DNA from: Candidatus Krumholzibacteriota bacterium
GTDB taxonomy: Bacteria > Krumholzibacteriota > Krumholzibacteriia > JAJRXK01
Assembly (NCBI GenBank): GCA_963727455.1
Contig: CAVSGG010000010.1
Span: 99,330-163,329 of the forward strand
Reading direction: 5' to 3'
DNA length: 64,000 nt
Below the pieces are notes generated by a model, which saw only the letters and a program-made list of their open reading frames with translations, was not told the DNA's origin and did no database searches. The position numbers and the translations under genes are program-made. Below, piece by piece: positions 47,615 to 56,409 of this stretch (position 1 is its first letter; each line of letters starts with the position of its first letter).

Positions 47615-48246
47615 TGGCCGCCCCTCTGGTCGTAGTAGCGCAGAACTTCCTTCCCGTAGCGTTCCCAGGTACGCGCCAGGCGCCTCCGAGCCACACCCTC
47701 TCCTTCCACGTCGAGCACTGGGGTACTGAGTCGGAGCAGGAGTGCGTCGCGCGATCCACCGCGAAGGGACGAAAGCATCTGGTCCAGCTTCAAACCGAGT
47801 GCACTCGTCACTTGCCCGCGACGGGTACGATAGGCGTACCACACGAGGCGCTTCTCCCCTTGCTTCTCAATCGAAAGTTGACGCAGCACGGAGTTGTCTT
47901 CGTGCACCACCTGACTGTCGAAGATCTCCCAACCCGCGCCGGGGTAGCAGTGTTCGGGCGCGTGCACCTGCGCATTGGTTCTCTGCCCCGCGTAATAGCC
48001 GGCGTAGATCCACACTGGCGCCCAATCCTCACTCTGCACTTCCACGAAACGGTAGCGGTCGACACCCAGGGCCTCGCGCGCTTGGAGAGAAACCGGAAGC
48101 GGAGTTACGTGCTCGCCCTGAAGAACGCTGGCGGCAAATTCCTTCGACCATTCCGCTTCGGCGACAGGAGTCTGAAGTCGATGGGACAACAGTGCCACGC
48201 CGAGGAATCCGACTCCCAGAAGAAGACCGCGAGCGAAGGGTCTCAT
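47611..48246 (-). CDS. epsI: EpsI-family exosortase-associated protein
   Basis: VWIYAGYYAGQ, VHAPEHCYPGAGW, LVWYAY, DALLLRLSTP; directly after the exosortase. Confidence 0.85.
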   Translation of the reverse strand: MRPFARGLLLGVGFLGVALLSHRLQTPVAEAEWSKEFAASVLQGEHVTPLPVSLQAREALGVDRYRFVEVQSEDWAPVWIYAGYYAGQRTNAQVHAPEHCYPGAGWEIFDSQVVHEDNSVLRQLSIEKQGEKRLVWYAYRTRRGQVTSALGLKLDQMLSSLRGGSRDALLLRLSTPVLDVEGEGVARRRLARTWERYGKEVLRYYDQRGGQ

Positions 48247-49070
48247 GGTCTCTCCCCCCGCCGGAGGAACGCGGCCAGGCCAAGAACGATCACGCCCAAG
48301 GCAAAGCTCAGGAGTCCTCCTCCTAGATGAAAGAGGTTCTCGGCCGTCTCCGGTCCACCCAACTGCGCGCCGTATCCCGTCAGCACCAATCGCAGCAGGT
48401 TGGCCCCCAGGGCCAGGGGCACCGAGAGGACCAGCAGAAAAAGGGTGCGACGCAGCGAGAGACGCGCTGCCGCCGCGATGAACGCGGCCAGTGCGCTCAT
48501 CACCAGAAGACTGCGCAAGCCGCTGCAGGCCTCCACCACTTCCAGATCGTAGCCGGCAAAGTGCAGCAGGTTTCCCTCCCTCGCCAAGGGAACTCCACTC
48601 AGGCGCAGAACGAAGGCAGCCGCGACCGAGGACATCCGTTGCAGCTGCGCGGTCGCTCCGTAATAGAGGACATAGGGCCAGGGGACCAAGAGGAGCAGAG
48701 CGAGCAGCGGACCTCGCCAGGCGAAGACGATTTTGGCGGGAGCCAGGGCTTCCAGGCCGGAGAGCGCGGCCAAAACCAGAGACCAGCGCAGCAGACTGTC
48801 GTTGGACACCAAGAGTCCCCCGACTGCCGCTAGGAGGGCAAGAAGCCCCCAGACCCACCAGACCCGGGCTAGGCCCGAGTTTCCGTTCTCACGGCCCTTC
48901 AGGCTGCGCCAGACCGCCAGCGCGATCAGAAGAACGCCCAGAACAAGCCCGTGTCCGTAGTTGGGATCGGAGATGAGGTCCGCGACCCAGCCCCGGAAGA
49001 TCTGCGCGTAGGCGAGCAGAAAGGCCAGCGCCGCGAAAACAACGCTGAGAGCGAATCGCCAGTTCCTCAT
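48243..49070 (-). CDS. xrt: Exosortase (EpsH family transpeptidase)
   Basis: DPNYGHG, LEVVEACSGLRSL (catalytic Cys), ANLLR (Arg), FH (His); multiple TMs. Confidence 0.93.
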   Translation of the reverse strand: MRNWRFALSVVFAALAFLLAYAQIFRGWVADLISDPNYGHGLVLGVLLIALAVWRSLKGRENGNSGLARVWWVWGLLALLAAVGGLLVSNDSLLRWSLVLAALSGLEALAPAKIVFAWRGPLLALLLLVPWPYVLYYGATAQLQRMSSVAAAFVLRLSGVPLAREGNLLHFAGYDLEVVEACSGLRSLLVMSALAAFIAAAARLSLRRTLFLLVLSVPLALGANLLRLVLTGYGAQLGGPETAENLFHLGGGLLSFALGVIVLGLAAFLRRGERP

Positions 49071-49181
49071 CGCGTCCCTCGGGGCACGATGTCCCCCCTG
49101 AATGCGCCCCGAAAAGGGACGTGGATTGGCAGTAGCCGGATAGTCCGGCCGCTCCGGTGACGGGCGGCCGGCGCCGAGAGA

Positions 49182-50111
49182 CTACTGCTTCATCCAGCGG
49201 AGGGAAAGCAAATGCGCCTGCCCCAGTTCCTTGTGCGGAACGTAGGCGTAATCCAGGGCGAGTCCCGAATGAGCAATCGTGAAACCGAATCGCAAGGGAG
49301 AGAAGCTCTCCTGCTGCGAGGATTCGGTGAGTGCTACATAGCCGGCGCGCAGATTGAGGATCCCGTGCATCCCCGACCACTGCGCGCCCAGCGCTAGGTC
49401 CTTGTCGCCGTAACGTCGATCGTTGTATTGCGCCACGAATTCCACATCGTGCAGTCCTGGGGAAACCGCGACTCCGGTGGCGAGCCGCCGCGGCGGATCG
49501 TACTTGCTTCCGTCGTAGTCGAGGTAGCCGAAGAGATTGGTGCCGGACACTCCCACTCGCGCCGGTCCCACGTCCAAGAGCGCGCCGAGGTCAAAGGAGA
49601 AGCCCGTGCCCTTGGCTACTTCCAAATTCTCCTGGATGTACTGCGCGCCAGCGCCCAAGGTCATCACGCCGAAGCGCATGGCGTAGGCCGCTCCCAGGCT
49701 CAGATCCTGCGGTTCCAGAGAACCCATGCGAGTGCCGCTGGCATCGAATCGAGGGATGGTCGCGTGGTTCACCATGCGGCCGGTGAGGGCAATTCCCGAG
49801 CGCCCTTTCTGCAGGGGCATCTGGATGGACAGGGCGTTGACACGCTGCTCCGCCAACCACAATTCGTGCGTCAGGGTGGCCGTGCTGTTCGTTACCTGGG
49901 ACCCGGCCGGGTTCGCGAAAGGCGAAATCCCATGGCTGAATCGTGCAACATCCGCTCCTCCCATGCCCGCGCCCACCACGTCCACGGGAATGCTGAGGAA
50001 GGTCCCGCTGGTCTCTTGAGAGGAAGCGGGTGGTGCGCCCACGCTAAGAAGGAGCAGGATGCTACCGGTGATGCTGAGAAAGTTTTGGACTCGTCTTGAT
50101 TGACGCTTCAT
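49182..50111 (-). CDS. PorV/PorQ-family outer-membrane beta-barrel
   Basis: Signal peptide; FLSIPVDVVGAGMGGA...NPAG (PorV-type FL.I...AR..GMG...NPA), FSFDLGAL, LRAGY, LDYAYVPHKELGQAHLLSL.W. Confidence 0.75.
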   Translation of the reverse strand: MKRQSRRVQNFLSITGSILLLLSVGAPPASSQETSGTFLSIPVDVVGAGMGGADVARFSHGISPFANPAGSQVTNSTATLTHELWLAEQRVNALSIQMPLQKGRSGIALTGRMVNHATIPRFDASGTRMGSLEPQDLSLGAAYAMRFGVMTLGAGAQYIQENLEVAKGTGFSFDLGALLDVGPARVGVSGTNLFGYLDYDGSKYDPPRRLATGVAVSPGLHDVEFVAQYNDRRYGDKDLALGAQWSGMHGILNLRAGYVALTESSQQESFSPLRFGFTIAHSGLALDYAYVPHKELGQAHLLSLRWMKQ

Positions 50112-50159
50112 CTGCAAGACTCTACGCTCCCTGTTCGACCCTCCCCACCCCAATGACTG

Positions 50160-50175
50160 GGCAGGATCCAAGCCA
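50160..50175 (-). promoter_or_regulatory. Candidate sigma-54 promoter of the porV-like/exosortase operon
   Basis: TGGCTT-GGATC-CTGCC (GG-N10-GC), ~50 nt above ATG 50111. Confidence 0.4.
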
Positions 50176-50183
50176 AATTCCCC

Positions 50184-51185
50184 ATGTCTGACGCCAACTC
50201 ACGCATTCGTTCGTTCCTGAGCCGGCATCTCTTCGCCTATCTTGCGGCTCTGGCTCTCCTCGTGGTGGTTCTCGCCTTGATCCTGGCGAGAAAGCCCTTG
50301 CACGAGGCCTGGCGGATCTTCGATCGCTCTCTGATTCTGCCGGTTGTTGCCCTGAGCCTGCTCAACTACTGGCTCCGTTTCGCGAAATGGGACTTCCTCT
50401 TGAAGGCCCTCAACATCCGCGTGCCTTTCGCCTCCAACGCGCGAATCTACTTTTCCTGCCTCACCATGGTCGTGACTCCCTTTCGACTGGGTGAGGTCTA
50501 CAAAATCGTTTTCCTGCGCCGCAACCACGGCCACTCGATCAAGAGCACGACCCCGGTCCTTCTCGTCGACCGGATCACCGATGCCTTCGCCCTGACCCTT
50601 CTGGCCCTGGCGGGAATCGGTAGCGGCCAGAAGAATCTCCAGCCGCGCCTGCTCGCGTTGCTGCTGGTGACCCTCCTCGGCGGCATCCTCCTGGGTCGAC
50701 CGCGGGTGCAGAGGCTGCTCTTGCGGCTTCTGCACAAGATTCCGTGGACCGCCAAACGGGCCGACGCTTTGGGCGAAACCCTGCGCGACGGCGCGCGACT
50801 CTTCTCCACCGCGAAACTTCTTCCCGCCCTCCTTCTGAGTTTGGGAGCGTGGTTCGCGGAATGCGTGGGGCTCTATCTGATTCTCGTGGGGCTGGGGACG
50901 TCCATCCCCCTCGTGCAGGCCAGCTGGATCTACGCCGGCAGCACGATCGCAGGGAATCTCACCTTCTTGCCGGGCGGCTTGGTGGGGACAGAAGCTCTTT
51001 TGATCGAGATTCTGCGCCAGTCCGGCGTCACACTCGCCACGGCGACCGCGGCGACCCTGCTTGTTCGGGGAGCGACTCTATGGTTCGCGGTTCTTCTCGG
51101 TCTTGTCGTAACCTTCTCTTCCCGGCGTGAGTTGCGGTGGAAAGAACTTCGGCGAGAAACGGATTCCTATTCTTCTTCGCCGTAA
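50184..51185 (+). CDS. Lysylphosphatidylglycerol-synthase-TM (flippase-like, UPF0104) protein
   Basis: NYWLRFAKW, VTPFRLGEVYK, VDRITD, LPGGLVGTE, RGATLWF; the only + strand gene in the locus. Confidence 0.82.
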   Translation: MSDANSRIRSFLSRHLFAYLAALALLVVVLALILARKPLHEAWRIFDRSLILPVVALSLLNYWLRFAKWDFLLKALNIRVPFASNARIYFSCLTMVVTPFRLGEVYKIVFLRRNHGHSIKSTTPVLLVDRITDAFALTLLALAGIGSGQKNLQPRLLALLLVTLLGGILLGRPRVQRLLLRLLHKIPWTAKRADALGETLRDGARLFSTAKLLPALLLSLGAWFAECVGLYLILVGLGTSIPLVQASWIYAGSTIAGNLTFLPGGLVGTEALLIEILRQSGVTLATATAATLLVRGATLWFAVLLGLVVTFSSRRELRWKELRRETDSYSSSP

Positions 51186-51868
51186 TAGCTGTACTCGTAG
51201 TAATAGGGTAAGACTCGGGACGCGTTGTTGAGGACCACTCCCAAGACGCGCGCGTTGGAATCATCGAGAATGTCTCGTGCCCGTTCGACGACTTCTCGTG
51301 GGGTGAGTCCACCCATGATCACCATCAGAATTCCATCCATCTCTCCCGCGAGGATCGTGGTATCCGCAACGGGCAGTACCGGGGGCGCATCGAAGATGAC
51401 GATTTCAAATCGATTTCGCAAGTGCTCGATGGTATCGCTCAGGTGTTGTTTTTCGAAGAGCGCTCCGGGGTGTTCTTCGCGGTATCCGCTCGGAATCACT
51501 TGAAGAAACGAGTGAGGAGTCGGACGTAAAGCCTGGTCGATCGAGCACTTCCCTTGCAGGATATCGCTCAGTCCCGGCTCGCGCGGCATTTCGAAGAGCT
51601 TGTGCACGGTGGGACGACGCAGATCGGCGTCGACGAGAACGGTGCGCGTACGGCGATGCCGTGCCACCGTGACGGCCAAGTTGGCCGAGGTGGTGCTCTT
51701 TCCCTCGCCCCTCTCTGCGGAAGTTAACATCAGGACCTGTGCCGAGAGTTCCTTGAGCCGCGGACGCAGCTTGGTGTACATCCGGCGCATCTCGACGGCG
51801 AGAGGGGTCTCGAAATCCTTGGGGTCGGTGGACAACAGAGACGATTGCTGAACTTCGTTCTCTCTCAC
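51167..51868 (-). CDS. CpsD/CapB-family BY-kinase (Wzc C-terminal half)
   Basis: SAERGEGKST Walker A, VDADLRRP, FDAPPVL, C-terminal Tyr cluster PYYYEYSYY. Confidence 0.92.
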   Translation of the reverse strand: MRENEVQQSSLLSTDPKDFETPLAVEMRRMYTKLRPRLKELSAQVLMLTSAERGEGKSTTSANLAVTVARHRRTRTVLVDADLRRPTVHKLFEMPREPGLSDILQGKCSIDQALRPTPHSFLQVIPSGYREEHPGALFEKQHLSDTIEHLRNRFEIVIFDAPPVLPVADTTILAGEMDGILMVIMGGLTPREVVERARDILDDSNARVLGVVLNNASRVLPYYYEYSYYGEEE

Positions 51869-53595
51869 TGGGAATCCTCGGGGGCGGTAGAGGGCGCGGC
51901 ACTCTCGCTCAGGGGGCTGAGCGGCTGGATGTGATCATGGACCATGGCCTGACGGTAATAGAGCACGAAGAGCACCATGGCCGTCACCAGGGTGACGATG
52001 AATGCCGTTCTCCAGACAAATACCGTACGTCTCTTCTTGAGACTCCACTCATAGGTATCCGCGAAGCGCGGTAAAGTTCCCACCACGCGCAATCCCAGGA
52101 TGTGCTCGACCTCATCCACGTCCTTAAAACTGGAGTCCACGTATTCCGCCAGGAAGATGGCGCCCATTCCGATGCCCAGAGCGAGCACGACCCCCATCAG
52201 CGCGATCTTCTTCTTATCCGGCTTGAAGGGAGCGATTGCCTTGTAGGCCGGTTCCAGTACTCGAACGCTGATGCCGAAGCCGCTCTCGTTCGCGGCCAAG
52301 CGCAGCTCGTTCGAGTTCTCGGCGTCGATCAGATGATTGTAGATCGACTCCTCCTGGGAAACCTTCTGCTCCAGACGACGAAGTTCGGCCTCCAGGGCCG
52401 GCTTCTTCTTGATGCGCTGCTGGTAGGCGTCGTATTCCCCCTGGATCTTGTCCTGGTGTTTCCGCAAGACCTCATCGACCACCATGAGCTCGGCCTTGCG
52501 GGCCAGGATCTCCAGAGCGTGCTTGGGCAGATTGGGGTAATTGTCGCTCATGATTTCCAGCATGCGCGTGTTCAGTCGGTTTCGCTGCACCCCGATGCGC
52601 TGCTGTTCGGGGGTGATGCCCGAGGCGGTGCTAACGGTGCCGCTGAGCTGTGAGACGTAGTCCTGTTGCTCCAGCGCTTCGAGCCGGTCCCGAATTCCCT
52701 GTACCTGCGGATCGTCGCGAAAGCGCAGATTGCGCGGAGGCGAGTCGAGCATCGAAAACAGCTCGTTGTCGATGCGCGTGATTTCGCGCCCGTTCTCCGT
52801 GAGATCGAGCTTGACGTTTTGCAGGATCCCCTCGGCCTGACGGCTGTTCTTCTCGTTCACCGGGTTGTTGGTGAGAGTCTCCTGAATGACGCGGGTCCGT
52901 TTGAACTTCTCGAGTTCGGCCTCCGCAGCCTTGAGATTCTGCCGCGCACTCTCCAACTGTTGATCGGTGAAACTGGTGGTCTCGATCAGACCCTCCACCC
53001 TGCGCCGATTCATCTCCTCCACGAAGGCCTCGGTCACCGCCTCCGTGAGTTTGTACGCAGTGTAGGGATCATTGTCCTCCATGCTGATGAGGAAGAGGTT
53101 CCCTTCCTGATAGCTGACAATGAGCTTGTGGCGCAGTCGATCGACCAGCAGTCGTTCGGCAATCAAACTGAGAGTCTGATCCGGGAGCTTCGTCTCCTGC
53201 AGTATGCGCGCCTGCTCCTGGATCTCCTTGTCGTTGCGCAACTGAAGATTGCGGATGACGCGGGTGAGCAGCTGTTGCGACATCAGTGTCTCACGCACCA
53301 TGACAAGGTTCTCGAGGTCGCGCACGCGGCGAGCCTCGCGTGTCATGAGCTTGTCGACGTCGGTCCCGGTGCTGCGGTCCTCCAGGAGGATGCGCACGCT
53401 CGATTGATAGAGGGGCGGCATCGTCGCGACTCCGGCCCCGAGAACACTGCCGATCACCAGCACGGGCAGGATAAGATAGAAGCGGCGGCGGCGAACGATC
53501 TGCCACAGGCGATGAGGATCAAACCCCCCCTCGCCGCTCTTGGAAGCTTCGGAAGGGCCCGACCTGTGATGCGATTTCCTGGGGCTAGGGGCCAT
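51865..53595 (-). CDS. Polysaccharide co-polymerase/chain-length determinant (Wzz/GumC-like)
   Basis: N-terminal TM + PPLYQSS, long coiled coil, VLEPA...P.KP, TM, EYVDSSF...EVEHILGLRVVGTLP. Confidence 0.88.
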   Translation of the reverse strand: MAPSPRKSHHRSGPSEASKSGEGGFDPHRLWQIVRRRRFYLILPVLVIGSVLGAGVATMPPLYQSSVRILLEDRSTGTDVDKLMTREARRVRDLENLVMVRETLMSQQLLTRVIRNLQLRNDKEIQEQARILQETKLPDQTLSLIAERLLVDRLRHKLIVSYQEGNLFLISMEDNDPYTAYKLTEAVTEAFVEEMNRRRVEGLIETTSFTDQQLESARQNLKAAEAELEKFKRTRVIQETLTNNPVNEKNSRQAEGILQNVKLDLTENGREITRIDNELFSMLDSPPRNLRFRDDPQVQGIRDRLEALEQQDYVSQLSGTVSTASGITPEQQRIGVQRNRLNTRMLEIMSDNYPNLPKHALEILARKAELMVVDEVLRKHQDKIQGEYDAYQQRIKKKPALEAELRRLEQKVSQEESIYNHLIDAENSNELRLAANESGFGISVRVLEPAYKAIAPFKPDKKKIALMGVVLALGIGMGAIFLAEYVDSSFKDVDEVEHILGLRVVGTLPRFADTYEWSLKKRRTVFVWRTAFIVTLVTAMVLFVLYYRQAMVHDHIQPLSPLSESAAPSTAPEDSQ

Positions 53596-53620
53596 GCTGA
53601 TTCTCCACGCTCCTGAGCGT

Positions 53621-54598
53621 TCAGTTCCGTGAAACGCTGATCAAAAGAGCAACCACCCCGGTGACCGAAGCCACGATACTGGGGAGAATGCGCCATGCTC
53701 CTCCCGAATCGGGCTTCTTCTCGACGTAGACCGTGTCGCCCGAGTAGACCAGCGGATTGCCGCTGATCTGACCATTCTCCAAGAAGAGCGTCGTATCCAC
53801 CTTTCTGCCCTGAAGGGCCCCGTGTCCCGAGTCGTGCACCAGCCGCACCTTCTGGGGATCGGCCACCGCGTTGAATCCACCCGCCAGGAGGATCACCGTG
53901 AGGATCGGAGTCGGACCCTCCACGCTGTAGAAGCCAGCCTTGACTACTTGACCGAAGACATGCACGCCCGTCTCCCGATCCGCGGCATTCAGCATCGCGT
54001 TGTCGGGAACGATGACGGTGTCCCCCGGAGAGAGATCGGGAAGATCGCCGGCTCCTTCTCCGCGGATCACTTCTGCGACGTTCACCAGAGTCGTTACCGT
54101 CGATTTCTCATCCGTGTGCAGCACGCGGACGCGCCGCAAATTCGCGGTGGCGGTAGGGCCTCCAGCGGTGCGGATCGCGTCCCATGCCGTGGGAGTCTCC
54201 TTGAACGAATGAACCCCCGGCTTTGCGACGGCTCCCATCACGTAGATCTGTAGGCTCTGGTACTTGCTGACCGTGACGGAAACCTCGGTGATGTCCCGGT
54301 TGAAGGAACGGAGGCGCCGCGCCAGAAGGTCTTCGAGTTCCGGAACGGTCAGGCCAGCGGCCTTGACTTCCCCCACCAAGGGTACCACCACCGTACCATC
54401 GTCACGGACGGTGAGTTCCCGATCCAGGGTGGGTTGCTGCCACACCGAGAGCTGGAGCACGTCCCCCACTCCGAGATGGTAGGGCTGGCCTGCGACTGCG
54501 CTCGGATACTGGGCCCGGGCGCGGGGCACGGACACCGTGCTCAGAAGAGTGAGCAGAAGAACGAGGCTCAGGGATCGACAGGATTTGGGCAATCTCAT
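53621..54598 (-). CDS. Polysaccharide export protein (Wza/OPX, SLBB domains)
   Basis: YHLGVGDVLQLSVW, VRDDGTVVVPLVGEVKAAGLT, two SLBB repeats (VMGAVAKPG, VFGQVVKAG). Confidence 0.9.
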   Translation of the reverse strand: MRLPKSCRSLSLVLLLTLLSTVSVPRARAQYPSAVAGQPYHLGVGDVLQLSVWQQPTLDRELTVRDDGTVVVPLVGEVKAAGLTVPELEDLLARRLRSFNRDITEVSVTVSKYQSLQIYVMGAVAKPGVHSFKETPTAWDAIRTAGGPTATANLRRVRVLHTDEKSTVTTLVNVAEVIRGEGAGDLPDLSPGDTVIVPDNAMLNAADRETGVHVFGQVVKAGFYSVEGPTPILTVILLAGGFNAVADPQKVRLVHDSGHGALQGRKVDTTLFLENGQISGNPLVYSGDTVYVEKKPDSGGAWRILPSIVASVTGVVALLISVSRN

Positions 54599-54664
54599 GT
54601 TCCAGGGCACCCGCGCTGAATGGAATGACGAAACCGGGCAACTCGAAGTGAGACGCCCACGAAT

Positions 54665-54693
54665 GCGGGACCCTCTCAGCCAGAGGATCCCGC
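54665..54693 (-). terminator. Stable hairpin between the PEP-CTERM gene and the wza-like gene
   Basis: Minus strand GCGGGATCCTCT-GGCTG-AGAGGGTCCCGC, 12-bp stem with one G-U pair; weak U tail. Confidence 0.45.
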
Positions 54694-54745
54694 TCCAATC
54701 CATATACGCTTATGGAGTCGATGACAATGCCCGAGTGAGGCTCTC

Positions 54746-55306
54746 CTAGCTCTGGACCTCTGCCCCACGGCGGCGGGCATGGATCATGGCTCCCACGATG
54801 ACCAGACCACATGCAAGAAGCATGACGGTGGCAGGTTCGGGGGCCGGAGTCGCCGCGGTTCGGGGCTGGCGCCCCTCCATGGGTACACTGACGATGGGGT
54901 CTCCACCGCGATTTCTGTCCAGGGCCACCCAGCCTGTGGGCTCACCTAGACTCACATCTCCGTCTCCGATGCGGGTGACCCCGAGGGTGGTGGTCAGAGG
55001 AATCGCACCGCTCGAAATCACGCCGGTGCTGGCATCGGGGTCCTCACTCGAGAAGACCAGGGGGAGGCGGCCATTGGGTTCCACCAGATAGAGATCGGAG
55101 CTATTCGATCCCTCCGGCGACTGCAGCTTGAGCGTGAGTTCGGGAGTCTCCGCAGGATCGGCCGTCTCGGGAACGGCGCTCCAGATCGTGGACGAACCCA
55201 GGGCCGCAGCTGAGGGGTCCACCACCAGATTCGCCTGCGCGGAGGGCGCGGCCAGGCAGAAAAGCAACGCGAGGGCTGCGGAAAGAGCAACGAGTGGGCG
55301 CATCAT
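54746..55306 (-). CDS. PEP-CTERM sorting-domain protein
   Basis: Signal peptide (AQA); C-terminal APEPATVMLLACGLVIVGAMIHARRR = PEP motif, TM helix, basic cluster. Confidence 0.9.
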   Translation of the reverse strand: MMRPLVALSAALALLFCLAAPSAQANLVVDPSAAALGSSTIWSAVPETADPAETPELTLKLQSPEGSNSSDLYLVEPNGRLPLVFSSEDPDASTGVISSGAIPLTTTLGVTRIGDGDVSLGEPTGWVALDRNRGGDPIVSVPMEGRQPRTAATPAPEPATVMLLACGLVIVGAMIHARRRGAEVQS

Positions 55307-55389
55307 GATTAGGACCTCGATCGCAGGGCAAGGAAGCAACGAATTCGGGCGCGGCCGCAGCCTTCACGGTCACCCGAAAGCTCCCCAAT

Positions 55390-55419
55390 AGTTTAGAAGC
55401 GTTTGCCACACATTGTCAA
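55390..55419 (-). promoter_or_regulatory. Sigma-70-type promoter of the PEP-CTERM gene
   Basis: TTGACA-18 nt-TAAACT. Confidence 0.55.
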
Positions 55420-55444
55420 CTCTGGCAAACGGGGGCGAAACGGC

Positions 55445-56392
55445 CTAGGCGCCTTGGCTTCCCTGTGATGCCCGATACCACTCCACAGTGCGCCGTAGTC
55501 CTTCCTCGAAGGGCACTTTCGCCTCGTAACCGAGCAGCTCTTGGGCCCGCGAGATGTCGGCCTGGCTGTGCCGGACGTCCCCGGTCCGGACCGGTCCGTG
55601 CACGGGCTCGATGGAGCTGCCCACCAATTTGGCCAGGCGGGCGTAAAGCTCGTTGAGCGTGACCCGGTCGCCCAGAGCCACGTTCACCACTTCCCCGGAG
55701 AGCTTGGGCGCCCGCAGGGCCAGGAGGTTGGCGTGAACCACGTTCTCCACGTAGGTGAAATCCCGCGACTGCTCCCCGTCTCCGTGGATGGTCGGGGCCT
55801 CCCCCTTCAACAGAGCATCCAAGAAGAGCGGGATTACGGCCGCATAGGGGCTGTCGGGGTCCTGGCGCGGACCGAAGACGTTGAAGTAGCGGATGGCCAG
55901 GGTTTCCATGCCGTAGACCTCAGCGAAGACCGAGACGTACTGCTCGCCCGCCAGTTTGGCGACTGCATAGGGAGACTTGGGTCGCTCCCGCATCGTTTCG
56001 ACCTTGGGCAGAACCTCGCTGTCGCCGTAGGCCGAAGAGGAGGCGGCGTAGATCACGCGCTTCACTCCCTCGTCCCGGCTCGCAACCAGCACGTTCAAGG
56101 TGCCCGCGACATTGACGCTGTTGCTGGCCAACGGGTCCTTCACGCTGCGCGGAACCGAGGCCAGGGCCGCCTCGTGAAAGACGTAGTCGCAACCCTTCAC
56201 CGCCTCGCGCACTTTTGTAAGATCGGACACGCTGGCCCGTAGGACCTCGTCCACGCCAGCTGCCTCGACGTTGCGCTGAAAGCCGGTCGAGAAGTCGTCG
56301 AGGATCCTCACCTCGTCCCCCGCCTCCACCAAAGCGGCCGCAATGTGCGAGCCGATGAATCCCGCGCCTCCTGTGATCAGGACTTTCGCCAT
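55445..56392 (-). CDS. NAD-dependent nucleotide-sugar epimerase (WbpP/GalE-like SDR)
   Basis: ITGGAGFIGSH, HEAALASVPRSVKDP, SPYAVAK, RYFNVFGPRQDP, GDGEQSRDFTYV. Confidence 0.9.
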   Translation of the reverse strand: MAKVLITGGAGFIGSHIAAALVEAGDEVRILDDFSTGFQRNVEAAGVDEVLRASVSDLTKVREAVKGCDYVFHEAALASVPRSVKDPLASNSVNVAGTLNVLVASRDEGVKRVIYAASSSAYGDSEVLPKVETMRERPKSPYAVAKLAGEQYVSVFAEVYGMETLAIRYFNVFGPRQDPDSPYAAVIPLFLDALLKGEAPTIHGDGEQSRDFTYVENVVHANLLALRAPKLSGEVVNVALGDRVTLNELYARLAKLVGSSIEPVHGPVRTGDVRHSQADISRAQELLGYEAKVPFEEGLRRTVEWYRASQGSQGA

Positions 56393-56409
56393 GAAGTTCT
56401 CCTGCCGGT

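Noticed and set aside
53624-53635. parS-like GTTCCGTGAAAC
   Set aside because: Shorter than the palindromic parS consensus, inside a CDS end, and near the terminus rather than the origin.
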